NCBI GenBank assembly: GCA_964427405.1
Contig: CAYRUB010000003.1
Location: forward strand, 64,946-128,945
Direction of reading: 5' to 3'
Length of the DNA: 64,000 nt
DNA from: an uncultured Planctomycetales bacterium
GTDB taxonomy: Bacteria > Omnitrophota > Gorgyraeia > Gygaellales > Profunditerraquicolaceae
Shown: piece by piece, positions 8,373-17,610 of the stretch
Layout: every line of letters starts with the position of its first letter
Numbering within the stretch: the stretch's first letter is position 1
The notes under the pieces: generated by a model
What the model was told of the DNA's origin: nothing
Databases searched by the model: none
What the model saw: only the letters and a program-made list of their open reading frames with translations
Program-made: the position numbers and the translations under genes

Positions 8373-11300
8373 TTAAACCGCAACCGGCTGCTCCTGCTTT
8401 TCTTTATTCTGCGACAATTTTACCGAAACTATCTTTGAAACTCCCGACTGCTGCATAGTGATCCCATACATAATACTGGCATTTACAATCGTCTTCTTGT
8501 TATGGGTAATTACGATAAACTGCGAGGTCTTGGAAAACTCCTGCAGGACCCTTGAGAACCTGTCTACGTTAGCCTCATCAAGCGCAGCGTCAATTTCATC
8601 CAGAATACAGAACGGCGAAGGCTTGATTTTAAAAATAGCGAAGATAAGCGCAATCGCCGACATACTCTTTTCCCCGCCGCTTAACAAGAGCACATTCTGC
8701 AATTTCTTCCCCGGAGGCCGGCAGATAATCTCAATCCCCGACTCAAGCGGATCATTCTCGTCAACCAAAAACAACTGCGCGTCACCGCCGTTAAAGAGCA
8801 GGCGGAAATAATTCTTAAACTCCACCTTTACCTTCTCAAATGTCTCCATAAACATCTGCTTTGTCGTACGGTTAATCTTCAAAATCGCCTGATGCATCGA
8901 CTCCTTGGCAGTCAAAAGATCTGTTTGCTGCTGGATAAGAAAATCATAGCGCTGCTTTAATTCATCATACTCTTCAATCGCCACCAGATTAACCGTGCCA
9001 TAGGAATCTAACTTTCTCTTTAACTCGCCGATCTCATTGGCCAGCGCATCCTGATCCAACTCCTTATTTAACTCTTCCAGAAGATCCAAGTCAATTTTAT
9101 ACGCCGAAATCATCCTCTCCTTTATCGCCGAATAACGGTAATCCAGGTCTTTATCCTGCATCTCTAAATCATGCAACTGGTTTTTTATCTGCTCTAATTG
9201 CTTACGGTCAGTTTCGATTCTTTTAACCACCCCGACCGTACCGCTGGATACTTCATTATATTTAAGTTCAACCTCCAGAAGCCCGTCTTTCTTTTCTTTA
9301 ATCTGCGCCTCTGACTCATTAATCTTATTCTGACAATCTACAATCTCAAGCCTTAATCCCTGCTGGCGCTCTTTGGCCTCAGTAATCTGGCGCTCAATAT
9401 TTTCAAGGCTGGCCTTATCCTGCGCGTAAGTTTCATCGAGGATCTTCAAGGTTGCCACATCAGAACTAAAACGTTTGTTTAAAGCCTCAATCTCCGTCTT
9501 AGTCTGGGTAATTAAAACCAACACCTCTTCGCGCGCCTTACTGTTTAAGGCAATACTGTCCTCTTCCTGCACGATTAAATCCTGCCTTGACCTCTCTTCA
9601 TTATTTAAACTTAAAAGCCGGCCCTGGGCATCGGATAAATTCTGCTGGATCGCGGAAATCTCACGGCCGACATCGCCTAACTCCATGACAATTACATCCT
9701 CTTCCTCTTTTATTTTATTAAACTGCTCTAAGATCGTAGCGTGGCTGGATTCTTTATTCGCTAAAGCGATCTCATGATTACGCAGCTCCAGCTCAAGCGC
9801 CTCGGACATTTTATTTAATTCCGAAATACAGCTTTGGCGTAGCACCTTTCTACTTCTTAACTCACCAAGGTTTTCTTCAAGCCTGGCAATCTTATCACTG
9901 ATATTTTGCGTGTCTAATTCAATGGGCTTGGCCTCTCCGCTTATCTTAAATGCCGAAGGGCCAAGATGGGCCTTATCTTCATCGCTTAAGCATGACTGAT
10001 TCTGAACTTTTACCACAAGGCCGGTAACATTTTCCTTGGGCATCTTATCCAGATAGATCACCGCGTTAAGCGACTCACCAATATCATCATATTTGTTCTT
10101 TAATTTCTCCAGGAATTCTTTGTGCGAAACCAAAGTAAGCTTCTCGTTTTCTAGATTCGTAATCTCCTGGTTAACCCCGTTTAAATTTAATCCTTCCTGC
10201 TCAAGGCTGGCCTTAACACTCGCGATCTTCTGCTTGAAGCTATCCACTAATTCCCGGGTGCTGGCCAACTCCTGGGCAACCTTACTTAAAGCATCCTCGG
10301 CAATTACCTTTTCTTCATAGACTTTGGCCTTTTCAATCTCCAGCCTCTTTTTACGCGCCAGAAATACCTGATGTTTGGAATTAAACTCACTTACCTCATT
10401 ATGAGTATTTGAAATCCTGGTTTCTAAATCCAGGATAATCTTTTTGCTTTCAGAAATAGCCTCCAGAGAACTTTTAATAGAGGCACTAAGCTTATCAATC
10501 TCCTCTTCCTTCTGAGCCAAAACAAATTGCTTCTCTTCTATATTCTGCTTAAGGCTGTCGTATTCAACGCGCACCTTCTGCAGTTTTTCCTCATCCTGCA
10601 AAAGCTTGCTTCTTGACTGCTCAATCTGCTCCTCTAAAACCTGGCTATTCTCGGTTAACTCCGCGATACGCTGCTGGTTAAAAGTAATATGCTCGTTATT
10701 GCGCACCAGGCTGTTTTCCAGATTAAGTATTTCGCTGCGGCTGGCCATCAAACTTTCTTCCAGCACTTTTAACTCCGATTGACGGTTTGCGATCTTAGCC
10801 TCAAGTTCCGCGATCCCTTCACTTAATATTAAATCCTCTTTTCTTAATTCCTCCAATTGCTTAGCAATCTCATCCTTCTGTTTCAGGAAATTCTTTTTAT
10901 CCATAACCGCCAAATCGGTCTCTTTTAATTTTAACTCCTCAAAAACCTCCTTGTATCTGCGCGCTTTATTCGCCTGCCGCTCAAGAGAACCAATCTGCCG
11001 CTTTACCTCGGTAACAATATCATTAACCCGCAATAAGTTTTGCTCTGTCTCATCCAGCTTACGCGTAGTCTCTCTTTTCTGTGATTTATATTTACTTATC
11101 CCGCTTGCCTCATCAAAAACCATGCGCCGGTCTTCGGGCCGGGAGCTTAAAACTAAATCAATTTTTCCCTGCGCGATAATAGAATAACTCTCCGCGCCAA
11201 TACCCGTTCCTAACAATAAGTCCAGAATATCCTTTAGCCGCACCGTGGCTTTATTCAACAAGTATTCACTCTCCCCGCTCCTAAAAAGCCTGCGTGTAAT

Positions 11301-11597
11301 CATTACCTCCGGATGCTCTACATTAAAAAAACGGGTGGAGTTATCAAAAGTCAAACTTACCTCCGCCATACTTAACGGTTCCTTATTGTCCGCGCCGTTA
11401 AAAATGACATCCAGCATCTCTGAGCCGCGCAGTGACTTTGCAGATTGTTCTCCTAATACCCAGCGGATAGAATCAAAAATGTTGCTTTTCCCGCAACCAT
11501 TTGGGCCAACTACAGCGGTAATCCCCGGCTCAAAGTTAAGCACGGTCTTGTCGCAAAATGATTTAAAACCCAGAAGCTCAAGTCTTTTAAAATACAT
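8373..11597 (-). CDS. smc: Chromosome segregation protein SMC with atypical short hinge
   Basis: Walker A GPNGCGKSN, Q-loop IAQG, LSGGEK, ILDEIDAALDEAN, ITH; long coiled coils. Confidence 0.95.
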   Translation of the reverse strand: MYFKRLELLGFKSFCDKTVLNFEPGITAVVGPNGCGKSNIFDSIRWVLGEQSAKSLRGSEMLDVIFNGADNKEPLSMAEVSLTFDNSTRFFNVEHPEVMITRRLFRSGESEYLLNKATVRLKDILDLLLGTGIGAESYSIIAQGKIDLVLSSRPEDRRMVFDEASGISKYKSQKRETTRKLDETEQNLLRVNDIVTEVKRQIGSLERQANKARRYKEVFEELKLKETDLAVMDKKNFLKQKDEIAKQLEELRKEDLILSEGIAELEAKIANRQSELKVLEESLMASRSEILNLENSLVRNNEHITFNQQRIAELTENSQVLEEQIEQSRSKLLQDEEKLQKVRVEYDSLKQNIEEKQFVLAQKEEEIDKLSASIKSSLEAISESKKIILDLETRISNTHNEVSEFNSKHQVFLARKKRLEIEKAKVYEEKVIAEDALSKVAQELASTRELVDSFKQKIASVKASLEQEGLNLNGVNQEITNLENEKLTLVSHKEFLEKLKNKYDDIGESLNAVIYLDKMPKENVTGLVVKVQNQSCLSDEDKAHLGPSAFKISGEAKPIELDTQNISDKIARLEENLGELRSRKVLRQSCISELNKMSEALELELRNHEIALANKESSHATILEQFNKIKEEEDVIVMELGDVGREISAIQQNLSDAQGRLLSLNNEERSRQDLIVQEEDSIALNSKAREEVLVLITQTKTEIEALNKRFSSDVATLKILDETYAQDKASLENIERQITEAKERQQGLRLEIVDCQNKINESEAQIKEKKDGLLEVELKYNEVSSGTVGVVKRIETDRKQLEQIKNQLHDLEMQDKDLDYRYSAIKERMISAYKIDLDLLEELNKELDQDALANEIGELKRKLDSYGTVNLVAIEEYDELKQRYDFLIQQQTDLLTAKESMHQAILKINRTTKQMFMETFEKVKVEFKNYFRLLFNGGDAQLFLVDENDPLESGIEIICRPPGKKLQNVLLLSGGEKSMSAIALIFAIFKIKPSPFCILDEIDAALDEANVDRFSRVLQEFSKTSQFIVITHNKKTIVNASIMYGITMQQSGVSKIVSVKLSQNKEKQEQPVAV

Positions 11598-11609
11598 GCT
11601 TTAATCCTC

Positions 11610-11792
11610 CTAACATGGTTGTGACTGTTGGCTTTCAAGCCAGTCATCAATTTTATCTTTTTTAAAGCGCCATTGCCCGACGAGCTTTAGCGCCGGTATC
11701 TTATTATGCTTTAGCCAATCATAAATAGTCCTGCGGGTTACCTTTAAGTAATCCGCCAGGTCTTCAATCGTCATTAAGTTACTACTTACCAT
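11610..11792 (-). CDS. Excisionase-like/MerR-type HTH (HTH_17, BldC-like) DNA-binding protein
   Basis: LMTIEDLADYLKVTRRTIYDW...IPALKLVGQWRF pattern; AAGGAG RBS. Confidence 0.88.
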   Translation of the reverse strand: MVSSNLMTIEDLADYLKVTRRTIYDWLKHNKIPALKLVGQWRFKKDKIDDWLESQQSQPC

Positions 11793-11820
11793 TCAACATC
11801 TCCTTGAATACTATGTGCCT

Positions 11821-11849
11821 ATTATAAATAATTTACACAATCTTGTCAA
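11821..11849 (-). promoter_or_regulatory. Perfect sigma70-type promoter of the HTH-smc operon
   Basis: TTGACA-17-TATAAT on the minus strand. Confidence 0.85.
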
Positions 11850-11992
11850 GGAGAATCTTTACATTCTTTAACATATAGCTGAGATTAAGGTTGATATGAG
11901 GCAAAATACTGCATAACCCTGCAAAGTAGACAGTGTATGTAACACTATATATATCAAATACTTATGCAAGAAATACTTCTCTCAATACAAAA

Positions 11993-12054
11993 TAATGGGG
12001 CCAGACTTATCTTTCCCTCTCAATCTTTTGAGAAAAATAAATCTGACCCCATTA
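11993..12054 (-). repeat. Long inverted repeat (REP-like or terminator) after etfA
   Basis: TAATGGGGTCAGATTTAT...ATAAGTCTGGCCCCATTA on the minus strand; both mismatches are G-U compatible; inner TCTCAA/TTGAGA stem. Confidence 0.7.
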
Positions 12055-12068
12055 CAACATAAGTTTCT

Positions 12069-13271
12069 TTATTTCCGAAGCGCTGTCTTGAAAGCTTGAG
12101 TCAAAGCTGGAACAATCTGAAAAAGATCTCCGACAATTCCGTAAGTAGCTATCTTAAAAATCGGAGCTTCGGGATCTTTGTTGATGGCGATAATAATCTT
12201 CGAGGACTGCATTCCCACAAGGTGCTGTATCTGGCCGCTTATTCCACAAGCAATATAAATCTTCGGAGCCACGGTCCTTCCGGTTTGGCCGACCTGATGC
12301 GAATAAGGTATCCAACCACTATCTACTGCCGCGCGGCTTGAGCCGACTGCCGCACCCAGGGCATGCGCTAATTCTTCCAGTAATTTAAAATTCTCCGCCC
12401 CTCCTAAACCGCGTCCTCCGGAAACAATAATATCCGCTTCGGATAAATTAACCGTAGACTCAATCTCGTCGATAATATCCAAAAGCTTTGTACGTGAAAC
12501 ATAAAGCGAGCTGTCAAAACTTTCTCTAATAATCTTTCCTTTACGTTTTTTATCCGCGGGCATGGGCGCAAATACCTTATGCCGTACCGTAGCCATCTGC
12601 GGCCGGTAATTCGGAGAAATAATTGTCGCCATAATATTGCCGCCAAAAGCCGGGCGTGTCTGCAGCAATATTTTTTTAACCGGATCGATGTCTAAACCGG
12701 TACAATCCGCGGTTAAGCCGGCTTTAATATTTATCGCCACGCGCGAAATCAAAGACCTGCCTATATTTGTCGCCCCGCATAAAAATATTTCAGGCTTATA
12801 TTTCTTTATCAACTCAACAATGATATTCGTATACGGTTCATCTTGGAAATTCGCCAGCTCCGGGGCCTCTACCAGATATAGATTATCCGCACCGCAAAAG
12901 ATCAGCTCATCCAACTGGTCCTCTAATTTATTACCGATCAAAACCCCGCTTACCTGGCAATTTAATTTATTAGCCAGCTCCTGCGCCTTACCTAGCAATT
13001 CATATGAAACCGACTGCACCCGGCCATTCTTCTGCTCGACAAAAACCCAAATTCCCTTGTAATCTTTTATATCCGGCAACTCACATTTAGCAGGAATTTT
13101 TTCTATCAAAACTGCCTTAAATTTACACACATCTTTACAGGCACCGCAAATGGTGCACTTATGCAAATCAATCGATGCTTTTTTATCCATTATGCGAATA
13201 GCATCGAACGGGCAGGCCTTTACACAAAGCGTACAACCCGTACATTTCTCAATAATAATCGCAATTGACAT
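12069..13271 (-). CDS. etfA: Electron transfer flavoprotein alpha subunit with N-terminal 2x[4Fe-4S] ferredoxin domain
   Basis: CTGCTLCVKACP and CTICGACKDVC; GLTADCT, TRPAFGGN, VSGGRG, QVGQTG, GISGQIQH. Confidence 0.95.
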   Translation of the reverse strand: MSIAIIIEKCTGCTLCVKACPFDAIRIMDKKASIDLHKCTICGACKDVCKFKAVLIEKIPAKCELPDIKDYKGIWVFVEQKNGRVQSVSYELLGKAQELANKLNCQVSGVLIGNKLEDQLDELIFCGADNLYLVEAPELANFQDEPYTNIIVELIKKYKPEIFLCGATNIGRSLISRVAINIKAGLTADCTGLDIDPVKKILLQTRPAFGGNIMATIISPNYRPQMATVRHKVFAPMPADKKRKGKIIRESFDSSLYVSRTKLLDIIDEIESTVNLSEADIIVSGGRGLGGAENFKLLEELAHALGAAVGSSRAAVDSGWIPYSHQVGQTGRTVAPKIYIACGISGQIQHLVGMQSSKIIIAINKDPEAPIFKIATYGIVGDLFQIVPALTQAFKTALRK

Positions 13272-13273
13272 CT

Positions 13274-14056
13274 TTAATTAACCTCGCCTTTAACTAAGTC
13301 CACCAGTTGTTTGGCAATATCAGGAATCTCACCCGTAAGTATCTGTCCGCCAACTCTATGCGCAGGAGTAAAAATTTTTACTACCTGAGTAGGTGATCCG
13401 CACAAACCAATCTGCTGCGGATCTAACTGCAACTCTTTCTGAGTAAGCGTAGTAATCTTGGCCGACTTTGCTTTCATCAATCCTCTTAATGAAGGAATTC
13501 GCGGTTCGTTAATCTCTTTAACTACTGTCAAAAGCGCCGGAAGCGGGGTCTCAATAATTTCATAGCCTTCCTCCAACATCCTTTCAACCTTCATCAATTT
13601 ATCCGTTGCCTCTTCTATCTTTTTAACATAAGTTACCTGAGGAATATTTAAATGTGTGGATATCCCCGGCCCCACCTGCGCCGTATCTCCGTCTGAAGCC
13701 TGCTTACCGCAAATAATCAAATCAAACGCGCCCAACTTCTTAATCGCTCCGGCCAATGTATAGCTGGTTGCCCAGGTATCACTTCCGGCAAAAGCGCGGT
13801 CGCACACCAGGAACCCTTCATCAGCTCCCATAGAAATCGCTTCACGCAAAGCTCCATCCGCTTGCGGCGGCCCCATTGTCAAAACAGAAACCTTGCCCCC
13901 GAATCTCTCCTTAAGCAACACCGCCTCCTCAATCGCGTACATATCAAAAGGGTTAATAATCGACTTGACCCCTTCGCGCATAAGCGTGTTTGTCTCGGGA
14001 TTAATTCTTACCTCAGTTGTCTCGGGAACCTGTTTTATACAAACTATTATATTCAT
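13274..14056 (-). CDS. etfB: Electron transfer flavoprotein beta subunit
   Basis: CIKQVP, NPFD, DRAFAGSDTWATS, GKQASDGDTAQVGP. Confidence 0.96.
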   Translation of the reverse strand: MNIIVCIKQVPETTEVRINPETNTLMREGVKSIINPFDMYAIEEAVLLKERFGGKVSVLTMGPPQADGALREAISMGADEGFLVCDRAFAGSDTWATSYTLAGAIKKLGAFDLIICGKQASDGDTAQVGPGISTHLNIPQVTYVKKIEEATDKLMKVERMLEEGYEIIETPLPALLTVVKEINEPRIPSLRGLMKAKSAKITTLTQKELQLDPQQIGLCGSPTQVVKIFTPAHRVGGQILTGEIPDIAKQLVDLVKGEVN

Positions 14057-14080
14057 TCTTTCTTCCTTGCCTGATTATCC

Positions 14081-14130
14081 TACTTACTTAAACTTACTTA
14101 CTCTTACTTATAATTAATTAAAATTACCTA
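14081..14130. repeat. 10-bp period direct repeat (NNCTTACTTA x3 plus two degenerate units)
   Basis: tacttactta aacttactta ctcttactta taattaatta aaattaccta. Confidence 0.8.
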
Positions 14131-14136
14131 CTTTAT

Positions 14137-15288
14137 TTACTTAGCCATCTCCTTGATCAAAGCCAAAGCTATAATATTACGTTGCACCTGATTTGTCCCC
14201 TCGTAAATCTGGGTGATCTTGGCATCACGCACATATTTTTCAATTGGATAATCTTTCATATAACCATATCCGCCAAACAACTGCAAGGCATCAACAGTAA
14301 CCTTCATCGCTACATCAGAAGCATACATCTTAGCCATAGCGGATTCTTTCGCAACATCCTTAATTCCAGCATCAACCATCCTGGCAGTTGAATATACTAA
14401 ACCGCGCGCTGCCTCAACTTCAGTTGCCATATCCGCGAGCATCCACTGAATTCCCTGGAAGCTTGAGATAGGCTTACCAAACTGCACCCTTTCGCGCACA
14501 TATTTTACCGCCAGCTCCAGCGCACCCTGAGCAATACCTAATGCCTGAGCTGCTACGCCCGGACGCGACATATCAAAAGTTTTCATGGTTACAATAAACC
14601 CCATACCTTCCTTAGAAAGCAGGTTCTTAGCGGGAATCTTGCAATCAGTAAAAATTAATTCGCGCGTGCTTGATGCGCGAATGCCAAACTTGTCCTCTTT
14701 TTTACCAAAAGTAAAACCCGGCGTGCCCTTCTCTACAATAAACGCGGAGGCTCCGCGGGCACCTTTTGATTTATTAGTCATGGCAATCACAACATAAGTC
14801 TCCGCATCGCCGCCATTGGTAATAAAATGCTTAAGTCCGTTTAAAACATAATGGTCACCTTCTTTTTTAGCGGTAGTCTTAATCCCTGAGGCATCTGACC
14901 CAGCCTCCGGTTCAGTAATCGCGAATGCCGCTACTTTTTTGCCCTTTGCTAAATCCGGAAGATATTTTTTCTTCTGCTCATCATCCCCGAACAAGACAAT
15001 GGGAAAAGTTCCTAAGGCGCTGGCAGCATAACAAACTGCGATACCTCCGCAGGCGCGGGAAAACTCTTCAGTGGCCAGGCATAAATTAAAAACGCTGGTC
15101 GCAAATCCACCGTACTCCTCAGGGATAAATAGGCCAAACATATCTGATTCAGCCATAACCTTTAAAACATCCCAGGGGTATTCTTCGCTGATATCATATT
15201 TAGCCGCAGCAGGCCGGATCTTTTCTTCGGCAATCTTATGCGCCAAATCCTTAATCATCTTCTGTTCATCAGTCAACAAATAATCCAT
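14137..15288 (-). CDS. Acyl-CoA dehydrogenase (butyryl/caffeyl-CoA type)
   Basis: FAITEPEAGSDA, KHFITNGG, QFGKPI, GGYGY, IYEGTNQVQR. Confidence 0.95.
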   Translation of the reverse strand: MDYLLTDEQKMIKDLAHKIAEEKIRPAAAKYDISEEYPWDVLKVMAESDMFGLFIPEEYGGFATSVFNLCLATEEFSRACGGIAVCYAASALGTFPIVLFGDDEQKKKYLPDLAKGKKVAAFAITEPEAGSDASGIKTTAKKEGDHYVLNGLKHFITNGGDAETYVVIAMTNKSKGARGASAFIVEKGTPGFTFGKKEDKFGIRASSTRELIFTDCKIPAKNLLSKEGMGFIVTMKTFDMSRPGVAAQALGIAQGALELAVKYVRERVQFGKPISSFQGIQWMLADMATEVEAARGLVYSTARMVDAGIKDVAKESAMAKMYASDVAMKVTVDALQLFGGYGYMKDYPIEKYVRDAKITQIYEGTNQVQRNIIALALIKEMAK

Positions 15289-15344
15289 TGAATCCTCCTA
15301 TCGTAAATTACCAAGTTTAAGAATTGTACCATATTATTTAGATT

Positions 15345-15794
15345 TTACAAGATTTTTAACAGGGCAATTTCCTGGCAGTTGGGGAATTTACAGCAGTTAA
15401 TACACTCCGCCCAAATCTTATGCGGCAGGGCATCATGCTTAATTTTTCTAAAACCTATTCTTTTAAAAAACTCGGGCTTATAAGTTAATACAAAAATCTT
15501 CTTAGCTCCCATAATCTCGGCTTCCGCAAGGCAGGCTGTAACCAAATCCCGGCCAATACCTTTACTTTGCTTATTCCTGGCAACCGCTAAAGACTTAATC
15601 TCCGCTAAATCATCCCAGGAAATATGTAAAGCCGCGCAACCAGCTACCTTGCCCTTATCTTCATACACCCAGAAATCCCGGATATTCTCATAAAGCTCAT
15701 TCAACGAACGAGGCAACATCTCATCCCGCTTGGCGAAACAAGCGATTAACTCCTGAATTTGCTTTATGTCTTTTATTTTAGCTTTTCTAATCAT
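15345..15794 (-). CDS. Short GNAT amino-acid N-acetyltransferase (ArgA-like)
   Basis: MLPRSLNELYENIRDF, LAEIKSLAV, LPHKIWAECINC. Confidence 0.85.
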   Translation of the reverse strand: MIRKAKIKDIKQIQELIACFAKRDEMLPRSLNELYENIRDFWVYEDKGKVAGCAALHISWDDLAEIKSLAVARNKQSKGIGRDLVTACLAEAEIMGAKKIFVLTYKPEFFKRIGFRKIKHDALPHKIWAECINCCKFPNCQEIALLKIL

Positions 15795-17014
15795 TTAATT
15801 TCCGTACCCTTTGCCACTACCACAATCCCCGATTCACTTACAAAAAATCTTTTCTTGTCCTCTTCCAGGTTAAAACCAATAATCATCCCCTGCGGAATGC
15901 TCACGTCTTTATCAATGATCGCCCGCTTAATTTTAGCATACCTGCCCACATTAACACCTTCCATCAGAATAGAATCATACACCTCGGAAAAACTATTTAT
16001 CCTTACATTAGGCGAGAGTATTGAACGCTGCACCCTGCCCCCGGAAACCACGCAGCCTTCAGAAACAATAGAATCAAGTACCAAACCAACCCGGCCTTCT
16101 TCACGATCCCCTGAGTGCACAGTCTTAACCGGAGGGTATTGTTCCTGGAAAGTCCTTAAAGGCCACTCCTGGTCGTAAAGATTAAAAGTAGGGTTAACCT
16201 GGATTAGCTCCATATTCGCTTCATAATAAGCATCTATTGTCCCGATATCCCGCCAATACTCCTCGTTCCTGTCTTTATCGCGGAAATTATAAGCTACAAT
16301 CTTCATCCCCTTCTTTAACATCTGCGGAATAATATTCTTGCCAAAATCATGCGAAGATTTATTGTTCTTAGCATCCTCAAGCAACTCCTGCACCAACACC
16401 GGCTGATTGAATACATATATCCCCATTGAACCATAGATCTTATCGGGTTTACCGGGAATAGTCTTTGGGTTTACCGGCTTCTCGTAAAAACCCGTAACCC
16501 GGCCGTCCGCATCCACCTCAACTACCCCCAATTGTTTAGACTTATCTTTTTCTACCTCTACAACCCCCACCGTCAGATCCGCATTCTGTTCGCGATGCAC
16601 ATCAATCATGGAATAATAATTCATTCTATAGATATGATCCCCGGCTAAAATCAAAACTTCATCCGGTTTATCCATTTCCAGGGTATAAATATTCTGGAAA
16701 ATCGCATCCGCCGTGCCCAAATACCAGGAATCACCTATGCGCTGCTGCGCAGGAAGAAGTTCAATAAACTGGCCTAATTCTGAAGGCAGAAAATTCCAAC
16801 CTAAGCGGATATGCCTCTGCAAAGAAGAAGATTTATACTGCGTAAGGATATAAATCTTGCGCAACCCTGAATTTATGCAATTGCTTAAAGTAAAATCAAT
16901 AATCCGGTATATCCCGCCAAAAGGCACCGCCGGTTTTGTGCGATCCTTAGTCAAAGGAAGAAGCCGTTCGCCTTTTCCCCCTGCCATAATAAATGTTAAT
17001 ACTTTACGCATCAT
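15791..17014 (-). CDS. glgC: Glucose-1-phosphate adenylyltransferase
   Basis: AGGKGERLLPLT..RTKPAVPFGG, WYLGTADA, LAGDHIY, YWRDIGT. Confidence 0.97.
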   Translation of the reverse strand: MMRKVLTFIMAGGKGERLLPLTKDRTKPAVPFGGIYRIIDFTLSNCINSGLRKIYILTQYKSSSLQRHIRLGWNFLPSELGQFIELLPAQQRIGDSWYLGTADAIFQNIYTLEMDKPDEVLILAGDHIYRMNYYSMIDVHREQNADLTVGVVEVEKDKSKQLGVVEVDADGRVTGFYEKPVNPKTIPGKPDKIYGSMGIYVFNQPVLVQELLEDAKNNKSSHDFGKNIIPQMLKKGMKIVAYNFRDKDRNEEYWRDIGTIDAYYEANMELIQVNPTFNLYDQEWPLRTFQEQYPPVKTVHSGDREEGRVGLVLDSIVSEGCVVSGGRVQRSILSPNVRINSFSEVYDSILMEGVNVGRYAKIKRAIIDKDVSIPQGMIIGFNLEEDKKRFFVSESGIVVVAKGTEIK

Positions 17015-17610
17015 TTGATAAACGCTCCGATTATACCATGCCTGATCATCATCACCGCGATTGCCGCCAATAATATATATATGATTTTAGAAAATGCCCT
17101 TATACCGCTGGGGCCGATCACCTTCATAATTGTATCAGTCTTGACCAAAGTAATCCAGACAAAAAACATATTTAATACCAGCGCCACTAAAGTAGGTATA
17201 ACGCCAAAGCTATTCATCATCATCAGCGTAGTAGTCAAAACCGCCGGCCCTGTTATCAATGGTGTGCCCAGCGGGAATACGCCCATATCCTTATCATGAG
17301 AGCTGGTCAATACGCTCTTCTGCGCCCCCGGCAATAAAAGCCGCACCGCGATAACAAACAATAACGCTCCGCCGGCAATCTGAAAATCAGGAATAGTTAT
17401 GCCCAGGAGAGAAAAAACCCAGGTGCCGATGAACATGAAAATAACCGCCACTACCATAGCAGTAAGAACTGCATCGAAAATTATCTTATGCCTTTGAACC
17501 TTTGATGTACCTTCCACCAAAGAAAGGAATATCGGGATATTTCCGATCGCATCCACCGCCACAAACAGCGGAATAAAGCTAAGTATATACGGCCTAAGCG
17601 CTTCCATCAT
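17011..17610 (-). CDS. MarC family membrane protein
   Basis: DAIGNIPIF, FQIAGGALL, FPLGTPLITGPA. Confidence 0.92.
   Translation of the reverse strand: MMEALRPYILSFIPLFVAVDAIGNIPIFLSLVEGTSKVQRHKIIFDAVLTAMVVAVIFMFIGTWVFSLLGITIPDFQIAGGALLFVIAVRLLLPGAQKSVLTSSHDKDMGVFPLGTPLITGPAVLTTTLMMMNSFGVIPTLVALVLNMFFVWITLVKTDTIMKVIGPSGIRAFSKIIYILLAAIAVMMIRHGIIGAFIK

Noticed and set aside
6388-11792. Prophage suggested by the tail-fibre chaperone and excisionase-like genes
   Set aside because: No integrase, terminase or capsid genes; the flanking genes are housekeeping and the fibre has a signal peptide.
12486-12501. parS-like sequence CTTTGTACGTGAAACA near smc
   Set aside because: Only the right half matches TGTTTCACGTGAAACA (4 mismatches), and it lies within etfA coding sequence.
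14081-14130. CRISPR interpretation of the repeat
   Set aside because: The units are 10 bp with no spacers, and there are no cas genes.
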